This document shows positions 29,060 to 37,409 of a stretch of DNA of 41,833 nt, piece after piece. The notes under the pieces were generated by a model. That model worked only from the letters and a program-made list of their open reading frames with translations. It searched no databases and was not told the origin of the DNA. A program made the position numbers and the translations under genes. The stretch is from the IMG/VR virus record IMGVR_UViG_3300017909_003587, positions 1 to 41,833 of that record; one strand, 5' to 3'. The stretch comes from a virus (Duplodnaviria; Caudoviricetes). Position 1 is the stretch's first letter; each line of letters starts with the position of its first letter.

Positions 29060-31255
29060 ATGGACGAAGAAAACGTAAACGGTAACGGCGAATCTTTAGG
29101 TAAAGGAGGGATATCCTATCTCATAGAATTGATGGAGAAGAATAATAAGTCTTCTCATGAGATTGAAAGAGATGGTAGAAATAGCCGTAGACATTTATTA
29201 GAAATTAAAAAGATATCGTTTACGATGGCAGATATGCAAGAGAAATATCTGTATGCCGTTCAAAACTTTCAAGAAGGACTTAATTCAGATAAGTTACAAA
29301 ACCTAGAAGATAGCAAAGAACAAAAAACAATATTTTCTGATATTAGAAAATCTCTAAAAAATATAGAAAAGAATACAGGTGGTTCCGGTGGCGGAGGCGA
29401 AGGCGGAAGCCGTTTTGGTAATGCATTCTTACCAGCATTTGGTGGAATAGCCGGAAACGTTATGGGTATAGCAACTATCGGTGCTGCTATACCAGCATTC
29501 TTTGGTGGATTATTAGCCGGTGAATCACTAATTGGTATGGCCGTTGGTGATATGGAAAATATTGATTTCGCGACCACTAAAAAATTAGCTTCTGAATTTA
29601 CTGGAATTATTGATGTAATGAGTCCTGCAAGTATGGTGGCTTTAGCTGGTTTAGTCGGCGCAGCTGTATTTACTAAAGATGCTAGAACAACTGGTTTAGC
29701 TATGGGTGCTATGGGTGTATCAATCACTGCTCTATTCGCAGGATTAATGTTAGGTGATGCTCTCTTAGAACAAGTTGCTAAAATTGATGGTGCCACAGAC
29801 TTTGGTGGATTTAAAACTATGGTGACTGCATTCGATGGATTAATCGGTGAGTTATCAGAGTCAAGTGCAGGTGTATTAGTAGGACTGATAGGAGTTGGTG
29901 GACTGCTAGGTTTAGTAAAAGGACCAGGTGGAGTATCAAAAATTGCATTTGGTATGGCTACCTTAGGTGCTGGTATTACTGGATTCTTTGCGGGTGTTGC
30001 TTTAGGAACCAAAATAGAAAATATGATAGGTGCTGATTATACAGGTTTAACAAAATCAGTAAAAGCTTTTGATGGTGCTATTGGAGAGTTATCAGAAGAT
30101 AGTACTAAACATCTTATTGCTTTATTAACAACTGGTGGAATAATTGGTACATTCGGAGCTGGAGTGGCTGGTAGAGCTGCTTTAGGTATGGCAGGACTAG
30201 GTGCCGGTATCGGTGGATTCCTAGGAGCCATGAATGCTGTAGGTCGTATAGGTGGCAACGGAGATAATTTTAAAAAATTAGTTGGTAATTTTAGTGACTC
30301 AGTTGGAATGCTAGATGATAAAACATTATTAATATTAGGTGGTCTTCTTGCTGTTGGTGGTATACTAGGTCCAGCTGGAAGTGCTACTGCTGCAGCTGGA
30401 ATGACAGCTCTCGGTACAGGTATTGCGGGATTCTTTGTAGGTATGGATAGTATCGCAGGTCTTGGATCTTTACTAGGTGCTGATGGTAGTAATATGAAAA
30501 ATCTACTAGAAAACTTTGCACATGGTATTAAAGAACTTGAAATTATAGATGCTAAACATTTAGGTGATCTTGTCGGTCCTTTAGCTTTAGTAGGACCAGC
30601 CATATTAGCATTATTTGGAACTAAAGGATTAGCAGGTATTACTGGTGGATTAGCTGACATTGGAAACTTTATTACATTTGGTTTATTTCAAGATGACAAA
30701 TCTATATTTGAAAGTTTAGTTGAAGCTTTGGATCCTTTAAAAGAAATTGATCCTAATTCATTAAGAGATATAACTGCTATCACAACAGGATTAGGGTTAT
30801 TTATGCAAGGTGCAAACTTTGCTTCAACGAAAAAAATATATGACTTAACCGATGCAATGGCTTTATTTGGTTTAACTATGGAAAAAGTTGTACAAGGTGG
30901 TTCAGGTAGATATAAAAATACACAAATTGTAGAACAGCTTGGTTTAAAAAATCTAAGAGGTGAAATTGATGCGATGACAGCATCACTTGAAGCTTTACAA
31001 GAAGCTGCCATAGTAGAAAATATCTCTACTGATTTTGAAGTAATCACTGGTAAAACAAATCTAGAAGTTCCATCAATGTCGGTAACAAATTTATCAGTAG
31101 AAAACGCAATGTTAAAACTACCAGATAATACAAATGGTACAGGCCAAATAAATCAAGTCAATAATGTCACAAACAGTAACCCAGTAAATACACTCGTATT
31201 AAATGGTGACAGTAGTACCATATTAAAAACAACTTCTCATTTATCCACAGTATAA
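29060..31255 (+). CDS. Putative tape measure protein (gp29-like, 731 aa)
   Basis: Located after gp26/gp51; charged helical N-terminus, G/A-rich hydrophobic ~70-aa repeats, N-rich C-terminal tail (QVNNVTNSNPVNT). Confidence 0.7.
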   Translation: MDEENVNGNGESLGKGGISYLIELMEKNNKSSHEIERDGRNSRRHLLEIKKISFTMADMQEKYLYAVQNFQEGLNSDKLQNLEDSKEQKTIFSDIRKSLKNIEKNTGGSGGGGEGGSRFGNAFLPAFGGIAGNVMGIATIGAAIPAFFGGLLAGESLIGMAVGDMENIDFATTKKLASEFTGIIDVMSPASMVALAGLVGAAVFTKDARTTGLAMGAMGVSITALFAGLMLGDALLEQVAKIDGATDFGGFKTMVTAFDGLIGELSESSAGVLVGLIGVGGLLGLVKGPGGVSKIAFGMATLGAGITGFFAGVALGTKIENMIGADYTGLTKSVKAFDGAIGELSEDSTKHLIALLTTGGIIGTFGAGVAGRAALGMAGLGAGIGGFLGAMNAVGRIGGNGDNFKKLVGNFSDSVGMLDDKTLLILGGLLAVGGILGPAGSATAAAGMTALGTGIAGFFVGMDSIAGLGSLLGADGSNMKNLLENFAHGIKELEIIDAKHLGDLVGPLALVGPAILALFGTKGLAGITGGLADIGNFITFGLFQDDKSIFESLVEALDPLKEIDPNSLRDITAITTGLGLFMQGANFASTKKIYDLTDAMALFGLTMEKVVQGGSGRYKNTQIVEQLGLKNLRGEIDAMTASLEALQEAAIVENISTDFEVITGKTNLEVPSMSVTNLSVENAMLKLPDNTNGTGQINQVNNVTNSNPVNTLVLNGDSSTILKTTSHLSTV

Positions 31256-31278
31256 AAAAAGGGGACCCGAAGGTCCCC
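31254..31278 (-). terminator. Rho-independent terminator with UUCG tetraloop (gp32; possibly bidirectional)
   Basis: Minus strand GGGGACC-TTCG-GGTCCCC-TTTTTTT between convergent genes. Confidence 0.93.
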
Positions 31279-31325
31279 ACTTTCGACCGCGTGTGCTGCA
31301 GCATCACCGGCCTGGCCCTTTCGGA

Positions 31326-32222
31326 CTACTCTTGAGCTAACTTAGCGAAATAACTCAATGTATCCTCTTCTTCCTTTTCCTGTGTAGGAGCTGGAGAAGG
31401 AGCATCAGCAAAAGGTTGTGCAGTTGCTTCTACTGAATCCATTACTGGAGCTTCAGCAACTGGAGCATCTGCTTCAATTCCTAATACTCTATTGAGTTTG
31501 AGCTTTAACTCATCGTATGATTTATAATTCTCAGGGCTTGTAAACTCTGTTAACGAATGTAATTGACCATACACTTCTTCTAGCCTTGTTTCATCACCAC
31601 CATGTAGTTGTGAAACAGGAGCAAACTCTGACTTATCATAGTTTACCCAACCTTCGACTTTTCTGATTTTAATTTTAAAATCTGCACCTTCCCAGAAATC
31701 GTATGGATTTACTGGTTGTTCATCTGCGAATTGTGGTTGCATAACATCCATAATCTTATCAAAGATTTTCTTTCCAAATTTATAAAGGAATACTTTACCT
31801 TCATTCTCTGGATTAGCTGGGTCAGATACAACAAGAATGTTTGACACATAGTGTAACCTTCTTTTTCTTTCCCTAGCGATTGCTTTATCCTCATCTCTAC
31901 CTGAGTTCCATAACACTGAGTTCATTTCTGAAACAGGGTCCTGTTGTCCAATAGACGTTAATGAGTTTTCTATATACCATAGACCAGTAGGTCCTTTGAA
32001 CCCGTGATCCCAGTATCTTACCCATGGAAGATCTTCACCTTCTTTTGCTGGTAAGAACCTAATCACAGCGAATCCATTCCCTGCTTTATCTCTGGTAGGT
32101 TTCCAAAATCTAGTATCCTCGTAAGAATTAGATTCTGTTTTAGTTGTGGACACAGCTTCCGCCGCCTTTACGAGTTTATCGATTGATGAGCCTCGCATGC
32201 TCTTAAGATTTTCTAAAGACAT
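31326..32222 (-). CDS. gp32: Single-stranded DNA-binding protein gp32
   Basis: DKAGNGFAVIRFLPA, WDHGFKGPTGLWYIENSLT, GKVFLYKFGKKIFDKI, NPYDFWEGADFKIKIRKVEG and TLSYFAKLA motifs. Confidence 0.97.
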   Translation of the reverse strand: MSLENLKSMRGSSIDKLVKAAEAVSTTKTESNSYEDTRFWKPTRDKAGNGFAVIRFLPAKEGEDLPWVRYWDHGFKGPTGLWYIENSLTSIGQQDPVSEMNSVLWNSGRDEDKAIARERKRRLHYVSNILVVSDPANPENEGKVFLYKFGKKIFDKIMDVMQPQFADEQPVNPYDFWEGADFKIKIRKVEGWVNYDKSEFAPVSQLHGGDETRLEEVYGQLHSLTEFTSPENYKSYDELKLKLNRVLGIEADAPVAEAPVMDSVEATAQPFADAPSPAPTQEKEEEDTLSYFAKLAQE

Positions 32223-32278
32223 ATTTTCTCCGTTATATTTACTGAATTATCCACTTTATACATAACAAAACAATTTAT

Positions 32279-32307
32279 ATTATACCACACTTTCATGTGG
32301 ATGTAAA
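32279..32307 (-). promoter_or_regulatory. Sigma70-like early promoter for gp32
   Basis: TTTACA-17 nt-TATAAT with TG extended -10. Confidence 0.8.
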
Positions 32308-32880
32308 GGCCTTTCTTAAGATAGTAATACACTTCTCTTGATTGAACTTTACGAATGGTTTATATTTAGTAATCTTTCGATAGATGTCAGGCCAAATAAT
32401 TGTTTCTGATATCTTCTTGGATTCTCTATCCATAAACCCAGTTATGGAATCGATGATTACAACCGTTTCCAATTGTATTTCATCTTGCATCCATAACTGT
32501 ATTACCAAAGGATGTTCATTATCATTCGCTTCTAAAAGAGAATCAAAATTATTTTCCTCTGATAATTTATTTATATCATTTTCAAACGTATATGTAATAC
32601 TTTCACACACTTTTTTGTGCTCTCGGTAATATCGTTCTCCACCTTCGTTGAGCATATCACCTACGTATTTTACATCATTTTTAAAGTTAGCTACATAGAA
32701 ATCCATTAGGTTATCGTATGTATTTGCTATTTTGGCGAAAAAATATTTATCTTTACGCTTAAAAAATGATTGAGGTTTCACTGAAGTCTTAAAGTTATAT
32801 TTAATTGCATCATAATTATCTGTTTCAAAATGTAACTTTAATGCATTATATAATTTATAGGATTCAAAAGGATCATTCAT
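32293..32880 (-). CDS. gp59: Helicase loader gp59
   Basis: YKLYNALKLHF, YDAIKYN, FFKRKDKYFF and KYKPF motifs; order gp33-gp59-gp32. Confidence 0.93.
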   Translation of the reverse strand: MNDPFESYKLYNALKLHFETDNYDAIKYNFKTSVKPQSFFKRKDKYFFAKIANTYDNLMDFYVANFKNDVKYVGDMLNEGGERYYREHKKVCESITYTFENDINKLSEENNFDSLLEANDNEHPLVIQLWMQDEIQLETVVIIDSITGFMDRESKKISETIIWPDIYRKITKYKPFVKFNQEKCITILRKAFTST

Positions 32881-33122
32881 ATTGGAAGTTTATTTCCCTT
32901 CTTTACTCTTAATAAGTTTAAGTTAGTTGCTTCCGCCTCTATCTTAGCCTTAAGTGAATCAGTTAATAACCTTTTCATACTTTTGTAATCCAAACCTCTT
33001 TGCTCTACCACATGGGAAGCTGCGTCTATATAACTCATATTCCCTGTGGCTACCAAGTTCTCTACAGCTGTAGAAAATCGCTTCTTGGTCATTATTTTTT
33101 CTTTTACTTCTGCGTCAACCAA
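32877..33122 (-). CDS. gp33: Late-promoter transcription coactivator gp33
   Basis: FSTAVENLV, SYIDA and SLKAKIEAEA..LNLL...LPI motifs. Start refined to TTG 33122 (GGAG 9 nt upstream); ATG 33092 is the alternative. Confidence 0.9.
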   Translation of the reverse strand: MVDAEVKEKIMTKKRFSTAVENLVATGNMSYIDAASHVVEQRGLDYKSMKRLLTDSLKAKIEAEATNLNLLRVKKGNKLPI

Positions 33123-33636
33123 CGAATTCTTCTCCTTCGTCCCAAGCACAACCTGTAAGGCCACCTGCTTGTAACGCTTTAAGAGTTCTCAATACTTCTT
33201 GAGAATTCCTACCTGTATCTAGTGCATTTACTGATACATGTTGAATTATTCTATCTTTATCGAATATAAAGGTTGCTCTATAACAAACACCTTCAGCTTC
33301 GTTGACAATACCTAATTCATGTGATAATCCAAGTCCACAGTCTGCGGCTAAAGCATGATTGATATTACCTATCAGTTCATTATCTTTTTTCCATGCAAGT
33401 TTGCAGAACTCATTATCTCCACTTATACCTATCACATTAGCATGTTCTACTAGTACATCCATACCAGCAATTTCTGTTGGACAGATAAAGGTAAAGTCTT
33501 TAGGATAGAAATAGACTACACTCCAATCTTTTTTCAAAGGTGTGTAACCTTCATCTACGTTGACATCAACAAAGTTATTATTTTCGTCAATTCCCTTAAG
33601 CGAAAACGCTGGGAATTTATCTCCTACGCTTAACAT
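33115..33636 (-). CDS. ahpC: Peroxiredoxin (AhpC/TSA family)
   Basis: VYFYPKDFTFICPTEI peroxidatic motif, RATFIFD, GRNSQEVLRTLKALQ and C-terminal GCAW. Confidence 0.95.
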   Translation of the reverse strand: MLSVGDKFPAFSLKGIDENNNFVDVNVDEGYTPLKKDWSVVYFYPKDFTFICPTEIAGMDVLVEHANVIGISGDNEFCKLAWKKDNELIGNINHALAADCGLGLSHELGIVNEAEGVCYRATFIFDKDRIIQHVSVNALDTGRNSQEVLRTLKALQAGGLTGCAWDEGEEFVG

Positions 33637-34748
33637 TAAAATACCCTCATTAATATACAGTCAGAATTAATTCTTCCTGTTGGTTTATTTATCTTTGTAG
33701 TGATTCCATCCCACACTTTTTCTATCTGTTTTTCAGTTTTCTTTAGTATGAGTGGTAACACTTCATCTGGTTTTCTCAAAGTCGCTGTTCGACTTGAGTC
33801 ATCAAAGTTCTTAATCGTTGTACCTGATACTTCAAACCCGTGTGCGGAGTCTGTTTTGTATTCAGTTAGCTTTCTTTGTTTGACATTATATACAAACAGT
33901 TTATGGCTACCTGGAATAAGTACAGGATTAATAGAAACAAGTTTAGAATCAATATCTTCTTGACAATATTTCATTCTTTGTACTTGTTGGTCTGATGACT
34001 TTGGTTTTCTCGCTCTTGGAGTTCTTGTTGCTTTAAATGCTGACCTTAGTTTTTCTAAATCATCGAAACATGTTTCAAACTGTTTCATTATTTTTCTTTT
34101 ATCAGCTTTACCAATATGTGAATAAGCTTCTACACATTGTTCACAATTCTTTTCATATGCATCTTTGATGTTTAAGTATTCTTCATCAAGCATTGATTTA
34201 AATATATTAATTGCATTACTTTTGAGCCCATGCATTTTAAATCTGTTATAGCATCCAAACTTTTCAGTATAGTTTCCATCGAACCATCCTTCAACTATAA
34301 TACTATCCCAGTCATGCCATATAGTATCTACTACCTTTCTTCTTGTTCTTTCCGCTGGTGTAATTACAACTACGTTCTTTTTCTTTTCAGCTATCTCAGC
34401 TTTAATTGTTAAGCCTTCTTTATAGCATTCAGCAATATTATCCTTTGCTCTTTGTAATGCTTTTTCATCAAATTTCCATCCACGAAAATGTAATTGAGCA
34501 ATCTTTTGAGCTGATAAAAATTTCCAATCTTTTACCTTTCTCAAGACTGATATTTTCTTTTTATCATAGCCCATCATTTCATCAGCAAATCGATATATTG
34601 CTGGTAAATAATCTTTACTCTTATAATAATAGTTATACCAATTAGTTGCCTTTTGATATAAACTCATATCAGTGAAATCTTCTTCACCAGTAAATAGGGG
34701 CTCCTTCCCTATGTACTTATCTTCTAACGTTAAGCCTCTTTTAGCCAT
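33636..34748 (-). CDS. Hypothetical phage protein (370 aa, Lys-rich)
   Basis: Strong SD TAAGGAGT, long ORF, TAATG coupling to the peroxiredoxin; function not recognised. Confidence 0.85.
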   Translation of the reverse strand: MAKRGLTLEDKYIGKEPLFTGEEDFTDMSLYQKATNWYNYYYKSKDYLPAIYRFADEMMGYDKKKISVLRKVKDWKFLSAQKIAQLHFRGWKFDEKALQRAKDNIAECYKEGLTIKAEIAEKKKNVVVITPAERTRRKVVDTIWHDWDSIIVEGWFDGNYTEKFGCYNRFKMHGLKSNAINIFKSMLDEEYLNIKDAYEKNCEQCVEAYSHIGKADKRKIMKQFETCFDDLEKLRSAFKATRTPRARKPKSSDQQVQRMKYCQEDIDSKLVSINPVLIPGSHKLFVYNVKQRKLTEYKTDSAHGFEVSGTTIKNFDDSSRTATLRKPDEVLPLILKKTEKQIEKVWDGITTKINKPTGRINSDCILMRVF

Positions 34749-34751
34749 AAT

Positions 34752-34810
34752 ACTCCTTAAAAATATGGGGTCCAGTGGTTGATGATAAGGAGTTGATGAT
34801 CACCGGACCC
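34752..34810 (-). promoter_or_regulatory. Structured leader RNA: hairpin with anti-SD loop (candidate pseudoknot)
   Basis: Stem GGGUCCGGUG/CACUGGACCC; loop ACUCCUUA is complementary to the SD UAAGGAGU at 34759-34752. Confidence 0.65.
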
Positions 34811-34816
34811 AGCATA

Positions 34817-35032
34817 TTATATAATCTTTATACCATCAACATAATTCTCGGCTGCGCTCTCTGCCCATGCCTCGCTTTTATCCTCATACGGTTCTCTCTT
34901 TAACAAAGTTCCATCTTTGTACATTTCAATTCCGTACACTCCATCTGATCTTTTAAATACTTCTGCTCTTAAGCCATCTCTCATATAAGTATGTAAATAG
35001 TTATATGTATACTTTTTCTCAAACCTAGTCAT
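34817..35032 (-). CDS. Hypothetical protein (~71 aa)
   Basis: ORF track 34817..35059; likely start MTRFEKK at 35032; SEAWAESAAENYVDGI C-terminus. Confidence 0.75.
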   Translation of the reverse strand: MTRFEKKYTYNYLHTYMRDGLRAEVFKRSDGVYGIEMYKDGTLLKREPYEDKSEAWAESAAENYVDGIKII

Positions 35033-35231
35033 TTTTTCTTCCCACCTTTTTTTGTTCATCTACTAATACACTACTCATATAAGCAAAATAACCTGTTGCT
35101 GATAATAGTATAAATCCAAAGAATTCTTCAATCCAACCTAAGTAAGTTAGTAATCCCCAGAATCCAAAACAAAATGTTAATATTATAAGCCAAGTTGAAG
35201 CTTTAAACCAATCAACACGATATCCTTTCAT
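35025..35231 (-). CDS. Small membrane protein (~68 aa, two TM segments)
   Basis: Start MKGYRV at 35231 via ATGA overlap; two hydrophobic stretches. Confidence 0.65.
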   Translation of the reverse strand: MKGYRVDWFKASTWLIILTFCFGFWGLLTYLGWIEEFFGFILLSATGYFAYMSSVLVDEQKKVGRKND

Positions 35232-35332
35232 ATATTCACCTTCCCAAATACAATTAATATTGAAGCACATATAAGAAATGCAATAGCAATCTTACCTAGT
35301 GTTTCAATTAATTTTACTAATACATCTTTCAT
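35228..35332 (-). CDS. 34-aa single-TM micropeptide (not in the ORF track)
   Basis: MKDVLVKLIETLGKIAIAFLICASILIVFGKVNI; TAATG and ATGA coupling on both sides, GAGGAG upstream. Confidence 0.65.
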   Translation of the reverse strand: MKDVLVKLIETLGKIAIAFLICASILIVFGKVNI

Positions 35333-35688
35333 TAACCTCTCCTCATTTTTGAAATGTCTTCAGCTTCTTGTTGGCTGATGACTGGAACAGCATTACTCTT
35401 ATGCATAGTGGCAATACCTTTTACCAATGTACCTGTATACTTTGGTGATTCTTTTTTTCTCATACCACCATCATCACCCATAAATGTACCATTCTTAATG
35501 GCTTCTTCCATAAGTGATTTATACTGTTTAGCTTGTTCTGCTCTGAGCTTATCCAATGTACTTTTTTGTTTTTCCATTGGTTTAAACTCAATAGGTTTTT
35601 TCTTAGAAGCATTAGCAAAATGATTCTTTCTCTTTTTTCCTGTCGGACCATATCTTAATGATCCCATATAAAAACTAGTCATTCCCAT
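35332..35688 (-). CDS. Conserved T4-like phage early protein (118 aa)
   Basis: KKESPKYTGTLVKGIATMHKSNAVPV C-terminal motif; directly downstream of an early promoter. Confidence 0.85.
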   Translation of the reverse strand: MGMTSFYMGSLRYGPTGKKRKNHFANASKKKPIEFKPMEKQKSTLDKLRAEQAKQYKSLMEEAIKNGTFMGDDGGMRKKESPKYTGTLVKGIATMHKSNAVPVISQQEAEDISKMRRG

Positions 35689-35698
35689 AATATATTAT

Positions 35699-35731
35699 AT
35701 TATACCACAGTTTTGTGGTAATGTAAATAGC
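35699..35731 (-). promoter_or_regulatory. Sigma70-like early promoter
   Basis: GCTATTTACA-17 nt-TATAAT with TG extended -10. Confidence 0.85.
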
Positions 35732-35734
35732 CAA

Positions 35735-35998
35735 TTAAGAAAATCTTAAATACTTATCTATAAGTTCATCGCCTTCAAGCTTCTCGCCAAGAACACGAAT
35801 TAACTTACCATCTATTCTTCTTTCAATCCTACCGTCATTAAAGGTAGTATCTACGACACGACCATCGTCTAAATGGTTGTCATATGCCATCGTAACTTTA
35901 CGTGTATCGAAAATGTGGATTCCTGCAACGCCATCCGCCCAGACTTCCGCCTCAAGTAAAGTTTTTTGTCTTTCTACAGCATTCTTAAATTCTGTCAT
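35735..35998 (-). CDS. Hypothetical protein (87 aa)
   Basis: GGAG SD and ATGA overlap with the upstream ORF. Confidence 0.75.
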   Translation of the reverse strand: MTEFKNAVERQKTLLEAEVWADGVAGIHIFDTRKVTMAYDNHLDDGRVVDTTFNDGRIERRIDGKLIRVLGEKLEGDELIDKYLRFS

Positions 35999-36120
35999 GT
36001 GTTATCTCCATCTCTTATATGAACTTGATGTTTCATAAAAAGTTTATCTGCTTGTCTTTGAAAAGACTTTTCTATTAACCTATCGATTAGTTTTCGCATC
36101 CATTGTCTTATCTTACCCAT
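35995..36120 (-). CDS. 41-aa basic peptide (not in the ORF track)
   Basis: MGKIRQWMRKLIDRLIEKSFQRQADKLFMKHQVHIRDGDNT; GGAG SD; fills the gap exactly. Confidence 0.65.
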   Translation of the reverse strand: MGKIRQWMRKLIDRLIEKSFQRQADKLFMKHQVHIRDGDNT

Positions 36121-36197
36121 AACCATACTCCGTAACAAACGGTAGCTGTAAATAAACAACCACCTAATATCCATAACAATTCAAATACTAATCCCAT
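36108..36197 (-). CDS. 29-aa hydrophobic micropeptide (not in the ORF track)
   Basis: MGLVFELLWILGGCLFTATVCYGVWLWVR; AAGGAG 8 nt upstream. Confidence 0.55.
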   Translation of the reverse strand: MGLVFELLWILGGCLFTATVCYGVWLWVR

Positions 36198-36490
36198 GAG
36201 TCTTGCTCCTTCATGGCAGAATAAGTATCATAATACGAACTACCTTCTAAATACCTTTGGGTATTTTCTGCTGAATAATGTCTATTCTCATCTTTGTGTA
36301 AATCTAATCCACCAGAATTAAGATGAGCACTCTTTTTCATAGATGCTGATAGTTTATTATAGTTAACCTTTGGCCTACTATAAACTCTTTTTACAGTTTC
36401 TTTAAACTCTTGTTCTTCATCATACTTTCTTTTTTCTTCTTGTAAGTATGCTCTGATTTGTTCAAATGTTAATTTTTTCTTATTTGCCAT
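36188..36490 (-). CDS. Hypothetical protein (~100 aa)
   Basis: Likely start MANKKK at 36490 with GGAG SD. Confidence 0.75.
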   Translation of the reverse strand: MANKKKLTFEQIRAYLQEEKRKYDEEQEFKETVKRVYSRPKVNYNKLSASMKKSAHLNSGGLDLHKDENRHYSAENTQRYLEGSSYYDTYSAMKEQDSWD

Positions 36491-36656
36491 TAGATACTCC
36501 ATCATAAAAATAATCGGCATCAAAGATATTGTTTTTACTCATTACTGAGTCGACAACTCTACCTTCATAGCCGAAGAAAATTAATACTCTTTCCTTGAAT
36601 GTTAATTTAACAGTCAACGGAATCCTTGTAGCGATATGTTCAAAATGCATATACAT
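36480..36656 (-). CDS. 58-aa hypothetical protein (not in the ORF track)
   Basis: MYMHFEHIATRIPLTVKLTFKERVLIFFGYEGRVVDSVMSKNNIFDADYFYDGVSNGK; AAGGAGG SD and TAATG coupling. Confidence 0.7.
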   Translation of the reverse strand: MYMHFEHIATRIPLTVKLTFKERVLIFFGYEGRVVDSVMSKNNIFDADYFYDGVSNGK

Positions 36657-37081
36657 TATATAGCCTCCTTATCAAAATTTAAATTATGTAAAACAGCATG
36701 TGCCATACATGCCTTATCTTGTGTATATCTGATGTCTGTTTTTTCAAATATAGTGAATGCATCAAGTGCATTCCAATAATCTTGGATGGATTTACCACCA
36801 ATGTTTACTGTCCATTCATGGTCATTCTGCCATGGTCTTGAACCTTTCCAATCATAGAGGGTGAATACTCCGTATTCTGTTCCACCATCTTCCATTGTTT
36901 TTTGAGTTTCAATAATCCATTCCATAGTAACTTTACCACCCATTTCATCTGGTGCATAACATATAGGATCACCGAACATTTCGATTAATTGATTAGTAGT
37001 TACATTCTCGATGTAACCTTGTCTTGATGTGCCAGTAGCAAAGGCACCGTAATCACATGGGATAAATTGAATACTTTCCAT
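36656..37081 (-). CDS. Hypothetical early protein (~141 aa)
   Basis: Start MESIQF at 37081 with AAGGAGG SD; GTSRQGYI...GKVTMEW...FTLYDWK...W.VNIGG pattern common in phage early proteins. Confidence 0.8.
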   Translation of the reverse strand: MESIQFIPCDYGAFATGTSRQGYIENVTTNQLIEMFGDPICYAPDEMGGKVTMEWIIETQKTMEDGGTEYGVFTLYDWKGSRPWQNDHEWTVNIGGKSIQDYWNALDAFTIFEKTDIRYTQDKACMAHAVLHNLNFDKEAI

Positions 37082-37380
37082 TATATAGCCTCCTTCATTT
37101 CTTTTCTGATATGATTTGCAACATTCCAAGAGTTAAAATCTCCACTAGCTGAAATGCCAAAATCAAATTGATTAATTACTAATTGGTAATATTTTGAACC
37201 TTCAATAAACATTGAGATTTTATCACCAACTCTTTTACCGTGAATCCAAAATTTGTTATCTGAACCTTGTACCGGCGAAAGTTTATAGTTAAGTTTTTCT
37301 TTTAAGAACTCAAGAACAGCTTCTTGATTTACAGTTTGAAACCCATCTTTGGATTTTACGATTTTTGTATAATTTTTCAT
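37081..37380 (-). CDS. Hypothetical early protein (~99 aa)
   Basis: Start MKNYTK at 37380 with AAGGAG SD, just downstream of an early promoter. Confidence 0.78.
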   Translation of the reverse strand: MKNYTKIVKSKDGFQTVNQEAVLEFLKEKLNYKLSPVQGSDNKFWIHGKRVGDKISMFIEGSKYYQLVINQFDFGISASGDFNSWNVANHIRKEMKEAI

Positions 37381-37409
37381 ATTCACTCCTTTCATCAAAT
37401 TATATAACC

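Noticed and set aside
28655-31047. Minus-strand ORFs of 110, 247, 207 and 119 aa
   Set aside because: Pro/Ala-rich antisense shadows of the Gly-rich tape measure and the membrane gene.
33123-33164. ORF-track N-terminal extension of gp33, and similar extensions at 35059, 35270, 36523, 37129 and 37398
   Set aside because: Most overlap upstream genes and all lack an SD; downstream starts have a clear SD or stop/start coupling.
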